Shown here piece by piece: positions 38,010 through 48,678 of a DNA stretch of 64,000 nucleotides (position 1 is the stretch's first letter; every line of letters begins with the position of its first letter). The DNA lies in NCBI RefSeq assembly GCF_001194135.2, contig NC_069002.1, positions 14,560,577-14,624,576 of the forward strand, read 5' to 3'. The position numbers and the translations under genes were made by a program. The notes beneath the pieces are model-generated. The model was not told where the DNA came from and made no database searches. It was given only the letters and a program-made list of their open reading frames with translations. The DNA is from Octopus bimaculoides (taxonomy: Eukaryota).

Positions 38010-38141
38010 CTCATGTCACTGACTGGAATCGAACTCGGAATCTTGGGGTTAGTAACCCGCACTCTTAACCACTACGCCATATGCCCGTGAACATATGGCG
38101 TAGTGGTTAGGAATGAGAACCCAGGTTCGAAATTTCCCCAA

Positions 38142-38184
38142 GACACCTGATGAAGGCTGGAGGGTATATCAGCCGAAACGTGTT
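38142..38184 (+). ncRNA. Minimal type I hammerhead ribozyme motif lacking the cleavage triplet
   Basis: GACAC-CUGAUGA-A-GGCUG(GAGGGUAUAU)CAGCC-GAAAC-GUGUU: perfect 5-bp stem II and a 5-bp stem I (GACAC/GUGUU, one G-U pair). Confidence 0.65.
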
Positions 38185-38354
38185 AACAACAAACAAGATG
38201 AGGACAAATATCCGTCAAATGTAAATAATGTAAATAATGTAAATAATACTCACATTGACTGTGAGTCAATGTGAGGTTACTTCTATGTAAGCCAGGATTA
38301 AGAAATCCCTATCGAATACTTTCTTTAACCAAAGTCAGAAAATAATAAATCTAC

Positions 38355-38440
38355 TCTCAGTACAACTAAAACTGAAGACATTAACCACATCATTGCCAAC
38401 TGTGAAAGATTGTCTTCTGGATATTATCTTCCCATGATGC
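38355..38440 (+). mobile_element. RLE-LINE zinc-knuckle fragment
   Basis: TEDINHIIANCERLSSGYYLPM is homologous to TEDIPHIISSSPKMSSVCYLPI at ~40650-40750. Confidence 0.55.
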
Positions 38441-39706
38441 TCTGTCTTCGTTTGCTCCATGACCTCCACCCGCGATATGTGAAAATGTGTGGGGTATGTG
38501 AATGTTGGCCATATTAGACAGTCCAAATAACAATTCTGTTGACATGATAAAAGCACAACCGTTTATTAGCTGTTTGATCAATTAATTAATTATTGACTGC
38601 AACATATGCACAACCAGCTGTTGCTCTTACTTCTACTCACAACTTTGATAAGCATGCGCGTATGCGCGCGCGCGTTAATGTGTGTCTATGTATGTGTGTT
38701 GTAATATGATATTTGAGGGTATTAAGTTTACAGTATCTTGACAGAATTGGTGACATATATACAAGTGATCAGTAGCCATTCGATCGGCTAAAAATAGCAG
38801 CCAAAACATTTTGACGAAACTGTATGCATAAGGTCACTATCTCCATTTTGTTTTTTAAACACGTTTACAAAAGACAGAATAAACTGAGTAATATAACGGC
38901 CATGCTGGAGTGTAAGAGTTCTTTGCAATTTATCATATAAGTGATACCATGAGTAATATTGCTCCAGCAATATGTCTTTTGAAACAAATGAAAGCAATAT
39001 AACTGTAACAATTATATTTTTATAAGGAAATTTAAATAAATATTGTTCAAGAATTGAAGAATTTGCGAGCTGGTTTCGAACACAACCGGAAATACATGAA
39101 GGATTTACAACGGAGAAAAATTCATTTACATAACCAGTTTTTGAAAGTTATAAGACAAATATCTGACTCACTCGCCCTAGATACACACACACACACACAC
39201 ACACACACATACGACATATATAACTTTCTATAAGTATAGATGTATGTCTGTATGTATGTGTGTATCTGTCTATCAATATAAATATATATATATATATATA
39301 TATACAAATTTTTCTATAAATATATAAAGAACATTAATACTCATGAGAGATACTAATGTTAGTGGCCGCAAGCCAAAAACCGTATAGGCAAAATTAATAG
39401 ATATGTATAAGAATTATATATAACAAGGGCGCTGTGAAGCACCAGCTTTGCTAAAAATAGGAGCCAAAATACTCCAAACTACAAAAATTCACACTAGATT
39501 TTCACAGGCATGGTTGGGAAAAAAAATAAGTGTATAAGGATTGCGTCTTGCCCCAGCAAAATTGCAAGAAAGAATGCCAGTTAATCTGGGATCATGATTT
39601 CGAATTTAGCACCAAAGACAGGTTGGGTACGGAAACGAAAACAGCCATTGGTTCAAGTGATATATGGACTTGTTACGAGTAGGTTTGACCGGAGAGAATC
39701 AATTGC

Positions 39707-39910
39707 AATTTCAACATCACCATCAGGGGATTTTTGTATGTATGTATACGTGCAGATTTGTATGTTTTGCTTTACGTATGTATTCTCATGCATATAGTTG
39801 CATATCTAGACATCCTCATATATATATAAATGATAAGCTTCTGGAAAGTTTTACAGATGTTTAGTGTTCCAGTGATGGCTTTGATCTGTAGTCTTCGAAT
39901 CAGCTTTCTC
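39707..39910 (-). mobile_element. RLE-LINE subfamily B 3' fragment (second copy)
   Basis: Collinear with 40025-40247 (cagatttgtatgttttg...ttctcatgca...cagtgatgg...tgtagtcttcgaat.agctttctc). Confidence 0.85.
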
Positions 39911-39953
39911 ATGTATGTATGTATGTATGTATGTATGTATGTATGTATGTATG

Positions 39954-40836
39954 TTTTATCTCAAGATTTCTTGCCAATAGAGAAAGAGCCGGTTTCTAAC
40001 CTAGATCGTAGGGTCCTTCACTGGAATTTCAATATCAAAATCAGGGTATTTTTGTATCTATTTATCTCTGTATGTATGTGTTTATATACGCAGATTTGTA
40101 TGTTTTGTTTTATGTCTGTATTCTCATGCAAATAGTTGCATACCTAGACCTTCTCATATATATTTAAATGATAAACTTTTAGAAGGTTTTACAGATTTTT
40201 ACAGTTCCAGTGATGGATTGGACCTGTAGTCTTCGAATTAGCTTTCTCCTTTCTGGTTTTGAGAAGCCTAATTTCTCAAGAATGGTATTTATGCAGTGTG
40301 TTTCGTATCCCAGGGCCCCAGTAATTACAGGCATAAACCTGAACTTGTAATATAGATAGAGTAACTGCAGCTTTCTCAATAGTTCATCGTTGGCATTCTC
40401 CTTTTTACTGATTTTCAGCATTATGTTAACATCCGCTGGGCAGCTAATTTCCACAACTGTATATAGTTTCTCGTCTCTATTCCAAATCATTATATCGGGT
40501 CTCTTGTGCTAACATTCTATTGAGGTCTTCACTGGGACATTCTACCAGTACTCCTTTTTATTATGAGTGGCTATGGCTTCTACCATACTGTGGGTTCTTA
40601 TTACTTTGTCCTCGGTGTTATCCTTCCGACGGATTTCATTGTAGAGTGTCGTAGCTACAACATTATATCTTATTGGTAGATAACACACTGATGACATTTT
40701 CGGTGAACTGCTTATGATGTGGGGGATATCTTCGGTGTTACCTCCACAAAGTTTGCATCGGTTATCACACTTTACTGTCTTTCTTGTATCTCTATTCCTT
40801 TTGTGTATCAGTTATTTGGTTGATATTTCCTGTTCC
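39954..40836 (-). mobile_element. 5'-truncated RLE-type (R4/Dong-like) LINE, subfamily B, with zinc knuckle and PD-(D/E)XK endonuclease
   Basis: QEQEISTK*LIHKR...NRCKLCGGNTEDIPHIISS...RPDIMIWNRDEKLYTVVEISCPADVNI...MPVITGALG...ITGTVKICKTF. (TATG)n on both sides (39911-39953, 40837-40886). Confidence 0.9.
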
Positions 40837-41388
40837 ATGTATGTATGTATGTATGTATGTATGTATGTATGTATGTATGTATGTATGCGTGTACGTGTGT
40901 ATTAAGCATATATAAGGAATAGAATTTTAATTTATTAACTGCGTAATTTTTCTGAAACTTACTTTCCAACTCAGGTCGTTGAAGTTAAGTAACGGCATCG
41001 AAAACGATGAAATCTTGTAAGAAAAGGATTTCTCCATATCTCGTGACTGTGCCTCGAGACAGAAGACAAATAATGACTGCCCTCAGATGAGAATTAATTA
41101 TACATCTTTCATCCCACCTTTAGGGCAAGATAAGAACGTAGAACTACATGTAAAGTTTAAGACTTTAGTAATTAATACGGAACATCCAAGGTACAAGCAG
41201 CTTCATGTTGTTGCAATTTCAATTCCCGTTCGCCATGATGGATCTTCATGGAAATGCAGAATATCGTATAAAGTAATCAGGTATGATGTTAATACATTTC
41301 CGTTGGAACTTGTCTGAAGATCCTAACAGCTCAGAAGTAGGTGTACGCTGTCGTTCATTTATATTATTATCATTATTACAGCTATAAT

Positions 41389-41497
41389 TCCATTCTTTCG
41401 GGGTCAATAAGATAAGAACTAGTCGAGCACTGACGGTGATGTAATCGACTTACCCACACCTCCGAAATTGCAGGCCTTGTGCTAAAATCTGGAATCC
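41389..41497 (+). mobile_element. SINE S1 3' half
   Basis: ccattctttcggggtcaataag...gatgtaatcgactt...ggccttgtgc. Confidence 0.65.
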
Positions 41498-41690
41498 TTC
41501 AATTTTATGGCTGTTGCCCAGAGTTAGAAAATCATTTGCCTTTTCATCATTATCATAATCATCATCAGCATTGTCAGCATCCCCCTCATCATCATCACTA
41601 TGAACATCACCACCAACATTACTCCACTGCCGCCACCATAACTACAACCATTATCATCGTCGAAGTTGCCATCAACAATTTTCTAACTCC

Positions 41691-41721
41691 TCTTCTTCTT
41701 CTTCTTCTTCTTCTTCTTCTT

Positions 41722-41752
<31 letters not shown>

Positions 41753-41785
41753 TTATTATTATTATTATTATTATTATCATCATCT
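41691..41785. repeat. (CTT)n(ATT)n(CAT)n compound array
   Basis: Direct reading. Confidence 0.95.
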
Positions 41786-42894
41786 TCTTTCAATTCGGTT
41801 TCCATTTCTTGCCGAGAGTCTTCCTGACACCTAGGAAAGAGACACGCACTGTATACATTCACCGTCACTAAAAGTGACTAAGGGTGCAGGGTAGCACCGG
41901 CGTTGCCAGAAACAAGAGTCAAAAACTTGTTATCCACGAAAAAGGTATTGTTCTATGTACTGACTAAGCGAGGGCTTCAGACAGGCACGCCAATTTCGCA
42001 TGAAACTAATGCTCATCGGTGATGCTACTCCATTGCATGTCACTATTTATAGAATTTGTCATAGGAATCAATGACTGATTCAGCAGATTGGTACTGTAAA
42101 AATTATAAAATGATTAAAGTGCTTAGACGCAATTTAAAACCAAACAGGAAAACATTAACCGTCAATAAACGTGTTTAAGGAAGCAGGGCATCACCGGCAT
42201 TGCTAGAAACAAGAGTTAAAGACACTTTAGCCAAAAACAAAGCACATGCACGTGCGCGAACACACACACACACGTATATATACAAACATACATACACACA
42301 TACACAGACATACAGACACACACGCATATATACGAAATACGAATGTGAGGTAATTGAATCCGAGAACAGACAATGTTTATTGCGGTCATACATCAGACAC
42401 ACAATTCCTGTTATTATATATTCCATAACCAAACAGGTTTCACAACCACCAGGAAAGCTAAATGTGGGAAGGCCAACAGTTTTCAGCTGTTATCGCTCGT
42501 AATTTTAATTGTTGGAACATTTCCCTATAACAAGTCTCTAGTTATAACGGTAAAACGTTGGAAAAGTTGAGGCGAGAACTTGTAATCGATCCGACTTTTC
42601 TGTCGAACTAAACAATCAAACACAAATGAAAATGATATTAGAATGATTAATCCATTCCAGTATTCCAATCTTTAAGACGCTCTACATTCCAACAAAACAA
42701 TCAACTTGCGCTCATACTATCAATTGTTGTTGGTGGTGGTGCTCTTCTTCTTCTTCTTCTTCTCATTTCCCAAGTTCCTCATCTCCATTTGCACATCATA
42801 GCTCCTTCTATCTTCTTACATTCAGTCTTCCATATTTCCTATACATTTCCCTGCTTCTAATATTTACTCCGCCCTAAGGTAATATGGTTGTATA

Positions 42895-42940
<46 letters not shown>

Positions 42941-42942
42941 TA

Positions 42943-43348
42943 CTCTTTTACTCTTTTACTCTTTTACGTCATTTGACTGCGGCCATGCTGTTGCACCGCC
43001 TTTAGTCGAGCAAATCGACCCCAGGACTTATTCTTTGTAAGTCTAGTACTTATTCTATCGGTCTATTTTGTCGAACCGCTAGGTTACGGGGACGTAAACA
43101 CACCAGCATCGGTTGTCAAGTGATGGTGGGGGGGACAAACACAGACACACAAACATACACACACACATATATATATACATATATACGACGGGCTTCTTTC
43201 AGTTTCCATCTATCAAATCCACTCACAAGGCTTTGGTCGGCCCGAGGCTATAGTGAAAGACACTTGCCCAAGGTGCCACGCAGTGGGACTGAACCCGGAA
43301 CCATGTGGTTCGTAAGCAAGCTACTTACCACACAGCCACTCCTACGCC
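42943..43348 (-). mobile_element. Full-length SINE S2 (tRNA head, CORE-like ccttgggcaagtgtctt, internal microsatellite, (GAGTAAAA)-type tail)
   Basis: Minus strand ggcgtaggagtggctgtgtggtaag...ccgggttcagtcccactgcgtggcaccttgggcaagtgtct...ggccgcagtcaaatgacgtaaaagagtaaaagag. Confidence 0.92.
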
Positions 43349-43365
43349 TATGTATGTATGTTATG

Positions 43366-43566
43366 TTTTTAACCATTTGAATTCTTCCTCTGAACGAGGA
43401 GTTGGTTTCTAACAAAGATACAAAGCTCTATCTTTGGAATGTAGATAACGAAATCAATGTCACATTTTAAACCTGAGAAAAGCCTTGCGTAGTTTTATTG
43501 TTCCACTTACAGATTGTATTTATAATGTGTGAACCAAGTGGTTGATTTCTTTTTTCTGAAAATCCA
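43366..43566 (-). mobile_element. RLE-LINE subfamily A 3' fragment with (TATG)n on both sides
   Basis: ggtttctaacaaagatacaaagctctatct...ttctgaaaatcc matches 6500-6665. TATG repeats at 43349-43365 and 43569-43583. Confidence 0.75.
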
Positions 43567-44500
43567 TTTGTATGTATGTATGTCTGTTTGTTTGTTTGTT
43601 TCTTTTTTTAAAATTGATTTAACTAATGGTTTTGAAACTTCCATAAGCTTTACGTAACTCAATTATAAACCAGTCATTCATAAAGATTTTCAACTCTGCT
43701 TCCGAAAATGTTAACTATTAATTAAGGATTAATGAAGTTACTATGTAAAATTCTTCACTCGATCAAACACATCGCACCACCGCTCAATTCACACATTCTC
43801 ATAAATATGGCTGCTTGCGTATATATACATAGTACACCCCACTACATACACACATGTATATATGTGTGTGCGTGTGTGTGAGTGCGCGGGTGTATGTATA
43901 TATGTATGTATTTACGCAGGTACAACATACATATATACACGTTTAAATAAAATAAACGTGTGTTTACCTCATAAGTTAGAAACTGCGAGAGAACGTGAAG
44001 TTATTTATAATTTTCTTATTATTGAACTCGAGGCTAGTAAAGCTATAAACAGAAGCGTATAAATATTGGGTTGAAAAACCCTCTGGATAGAAAACGTCTA
44101 ACACTCGACATCTATCCAATACTTACATGCTATTGTTTATATGTTTTACGAATTATATTTTCCTATCCAAATATAAGCATATGTCTGTATATATGTTGAG
44201 TACACACACACATCCACAGCACACTCATACACACTTACACACACAAACTCATGCACACACTAACACGACACACATTTATATAGACACAGACATAAACATG
44301 TTTTAAAATATGTCTTTGTATAAACATCTATATACACACATCGTCTATATGTTATATGTCTGTACATAAGGAGGAAGCTATGTATATGTGTGTGCGTGTG
44401 TGTGTGAGAGAGAGAAAGAGAGAGTGTATGCGCGTGCGCGTGTGTAATTACATGTACGGTTATATTATATGTATATATATATATAGAGAGAGAGAGAGTG

Positions 44501-44501
<1 letters not shown>

Positions 44502-44564
<63 letters not shown>

Positions 44565-44574
44565 GGATAGATAA

Positions 44575-44631
<57 letters not shown>

Positions 44632-44642
44632 CAGACATATAT

Positions 44643-44673
<31 letters not shown>

Positions 44674-44700
44674 CATACATACATACACACATATACATAC
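44502..44700. repeat. (GATA)n followed by (CATA)n
   Basis: Direct reading. Confidence 0.95.
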
Positions 44701-45064
44701 TTACATGCATACATATATACGCACATAGATATATTTACGTATGTGTGTCTATCTATCTATTGATTTTTCTTTCTTCGCTTTTATAGACAATTCTATTTGA
44801 TTTGATGTTGATTTAGCCGTTATTGCTAGCTGAAGAAGCGGCCATGTAGAAATTCCTTTAGTTGACTCCTAGAACCAGATTTGGTATTTTTATCCCCATT
44901 TCAGCATTGAGTGATTAAAGACGTCCCAGGCGTGAGCTTCCTGTAGTTTTGTATAACTAACACTAAAATAGCCGTGATTTCACATTACTATGGCTCTGGT
45001 CGACTAGTTGAACACTTATCATAAACTTATACGCAAGGCTTGGAACTACTTATCCCTACGGGAG

Positions 45065-45102
<38 letters not shown>

Positions 45103-47502
45103 AGAGAGAAAAGAGAGAGTGACAGAGATAGACGTGGGATGCTCTTCGTTTTACAGGAGAGCACAACAAGGAGAGTTCTGCAGAAGAGCTTCCTGGCGAG
45201 ATCAGAATGGACGTCATTAGAGATGCACTACAATAAATACCCCGATATTGATATATACATTACTATCGATAACCTGGTATTGATATACACGGGTGGGTCT
45301 TTCAGCGAAAACTTTCATCGCCCTTTTCTGTACGGACACAAGGTATTGCCTTGTTGACCTCCAGAACGCTAAGCGGAGTAGTTAGCGCGGTCCGTGATCG
45401 AGTTGAGCAAATTTGAGGAAGCGTAACCTCATGAACTTTACAATTACCCAATAAATCGAGCTTTGTCATTTTGAGAAGTATTTGACTGCTGTTCATAGCA
45501 AGTCGACGCTCCTTGGCTTTGTTCGTTTAATCTGTAGAAGATTCTAAAGTCGAATCTACTTGATATTGACTTAGTTTTAAATAAATACTTCAAACGTAAC
45601 TGAATGTTTATTGAACTGTATTAGAAAAAAATAATATCATGAAGAAAAGTTGTTCAGTGTTCCAGAGGAGAGGGTGTTGTTGGGGTTGGTGTTTATTTCG
45701 GCTGACTTTATTTACTAAACAAACAAAATCAACACGAACCGGCCGGAAACGTCTGTGCTTGATCGACTTCCTAGAAATAGCAATGAATTACCCTTGAGTC
45801 ACTTCCCCACCGACTTGAAAAATAATGAAAAGACGCGGACAATGTTGTCGCAAATATGAAAAACAAAAAATTTAAAGTGGGCACAACTGGAGATTTTAAC
45901 CCTAGGTCTACTGTTAAAAGTTAGAATTGGAGCTAAATAAAAAGCAATAACAACAGAATATTTTATAGCTGCGGCCTTTGCCGATCAATGAGGTGGTTGT
46001 TAATTTTCTATACAAAAATAAAAGAGGAGAGACAGACGTGGTGTGTCTTTTATCTTTATTTAGAAGAGAGAATAAACAAAGAAAAAGCCACATCAATAGT
46101 TTCTATCTAAATTCTTTCTCCCAGGATTCATTAGAATCCAAAGCAATAAGGTCACTTCATTGTTAAATAATATGCCATGATTTGGGGGAGATTTACTTCC
46201 AATTTGTAGCAGTACTGTTAACTTACTGTTAACACAATTTGAGTCGATTATAGCCAAAACTAAGTTCTTTCTGTCAGGTCGAGTAATTGTATAGAGATTC
46301 CTTCGTTGGATCGTAGGCTTTTTCTTTTGTTGCTGTTTCTATCATTTAGTCCCAGATCAGCCCAGATAAAGCAACTCGAATAAAGGATATTCAACCCGTC
46401 TCAGTTCTTTGAAAACCATTTTAACATATATCTAATACAAAATAGTTCCTATTTTTCTGATATAGTAGTGTTTTTCAATTTTGAATTTCTTACCACTGAA
46501 ATTTATTTCAACTGAATCCAGAAATTTTGCTTATTTTATCACGTAAGTGTACCTAGAACTGTATTATCTAAAGTGTCTTTCATTTTAGGCAGTTGTGTGC
46601 GATGTGTTGGAGATTTGCTTAGTATTTTTAGCAGGTTAAAAACCTTTCGCTCCTGTTTTATATTAAAGATAAATTGTTCTTTAATTGCAGGTGAACACTA
46701 ATTGAGGAGACCTGTAAGCAAAGACATTGCATCTGTGACCGTCCCATCTCTGTATATCTAAGACTAAAAGTCTTTAACGCGTCAAATCACGATATTTTGG
46801 AGACAACTGTGGTGATTGAGGGTGATAAAACTACTATTACTAAAAGGTCGAGACTTTTTTAATTGTTTCTTATAATTGGTATTTTGATTTGTAAAATAGA
46901 ATTATAAACGACTTCAGTCTAGACTCACATTTTCACAAGAGACTCTAACGCTCCATAAGTTTCGATACAAACCCGTTGATGGTTTTACAAAATTGTTGAT
47001 AGGTTTAACAGACCAAATTGGCATATTTGAACCAGAATGTTTGGGAAGCACTGACCTAGAACGAACTGATATTGAACTGTATTATTGACCTGATAAAATC
47101 GTAAAGACGACGAGTTCAAAGTAAATGGAGGGAGTGTTGCTGGTCGAATAAAGTCAATTCAATTTGGTTGGCTTTACAAACAGAAAATCGATATGAACGA
47201 ATGGGGAATGAAACCTCGACATAGTTTCTTGAGGTACGAGAAAAAGCAGATAAATTCTTTCAAACCACACGACATTGGTTTTATAATTGAGGGTGACCCC
47301 CATATTTGGATAATGTCGTCCGAGATATTTAAAAAAATCAAATGGTCACGACTGGGGCGCTTTTTAGGGTAAGTCTGCTCACTCAGGTCTAGATAATAGC
47401 TGTAATAGAAAATCGAAAATATATATTTGATACGTATAAACATCTTAGCAGATCAATGACTGATTGTGAAAACATTTCATAAAGAAAGAGATAGAGGACA
47501 CG

Positions 47503-47656
<154 letters not shown>

Positions 47657-47668
47657 TGTTTGCATGTA

Positions 47669-47875
47669 TTTGTGTGTCTGCGGTTGTCCCATCACCACCA
47701 TCGTTTGGCGAATGATGTTGGTGTGTTTACGTCTCCGTAACTTAGCAGTTCGGCAAAAGTGACCTATAGAATAAGTACTAGGCTTAGAAAGAATAAGTCC
47801 TGGGGGCGATTTGTCCGACTAAAGGCGATGCTCCAGCATGGCTGTAGCCAAAATACTGAAACAAGTAAAAGAATG
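47669..47875 (+). mobile_element. SINE S2 3' half
   Basis: ggtgtgtttacgtctccgtaacttagcagttcggcaaaag...gaataagtcctgggggcgatttg...gctccagcatggc. Confidence 0.85.
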
Positions 47876-47892
47876 ATATGTATGTATGTATG

Positions 47893-47930
<38 letters not shown>

Positions 47931-48467
47931 NNNNNNNNNNNNNNNNNNNNNNNNNNNNNNNNNNNNNNNNNNNNNNNNNNNNNNNNNNNNNNNNNNNNNN
48001 NNNNNNNNNNNNNNNNNNNNNNNNNNNNNNNNNNNNNNNNNNNNNNNNNNNNNNNNNNNNNNNNNNNNNNNNNNNNNNNNNNNNNNNNNNNNNNNNNNNN
48101 NNNNNNNNTATATACATATATATATGTATGTGCGTGTGCTTACATATGCGTTTCTACAGGACCAGAACAACGAAGGAAACAACGTTAGAAGGAAAGAAAT
48201 GAGAAAGAACGAAAAGACCACATCAATAAATATTTTCTACATATCCCCCATCCCAACTCCTCCACTATTTTTTGCTTCTTGATTTTACTTTGAGATTATC
48301 ATTGTACGGACATAATTCATAAACAAACGAAGAAACCATTAAAATACAGAAAAACCGACGCTGGTGTGTGGCTGTGTTCTTGTGTTGTTTTTATTGTTGT
48401 TGTTGTTGTTCTTGATAATATTGTTGCTGAAAATGTTGATTTGTTGTTGATTTTTCTCTTTTGATAT

Positions 48468-48678
48468 CGTCTGAATCGTTAGCACGCCGGACAAAATGGT
48501 TAGCGGCATTTCGTCCGTCTTTACGTTTTGAGTTTAAAAAATTCAACCGAGACCAACTTTACCTTTCATTCTTTCAGTATCGATGAAATAAGTACCAGTT
48601 ACGCACTGGGGTCGATTTAACCGACTTATTCCCTTCCCCATAAATTTCAAGCCCTGTGCCTATAACAGAAACAATTAT
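48468..48678 (+). mobile_element. Near-full-length SINE S1
   Basis: gttagcacgccggacaaaatggttagcggcatttcgtccgtctttacg...acctttcattctttcagtatcgatgaaataagtaccagttacgcactggggtcgat...ccctgtgcctataacagaaac. Confidence 0.85.

Larger units (their letters stand above)
37288..38247. mobile_element. Family S4: head-to-head inverted pair of tRNA-headed, hammerhead-tailed elements (locus 2)
   Basis: Left arm on minus (head 38020-38083, (AAT)n/gap, spacer, hammerhead 37294-37339). Centre palindrome 38066-38109. Right arm on plus with internal deletion, hammerhead 38142-38184 and (TGTAAATAA)x3 tail. Confidence 0.85.

Noticed and set aside
38020-38083. tRNA gene candidates here and at 33520-33596 and 43270-43348
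   Set aside because: A and B boxes are present but there is no complete cloverleaf or acceptor stem, and each is fused to a SINE body.
45141-45237. Strong-looking acceptor (ctcttcgttttacag) followed by a 27-codon frame to a stop; similar candidates at ~16499, ~32219, ~36126 and ~56541
   Set aside because: Short, with no recognisable protein similarity and no linked exons; such sites are common by chance.
47039-47053. hAT-like TIR (cagtgcttcccaaac on minus)
   Set aside because: No partner TIR or 8-bp TSD found.
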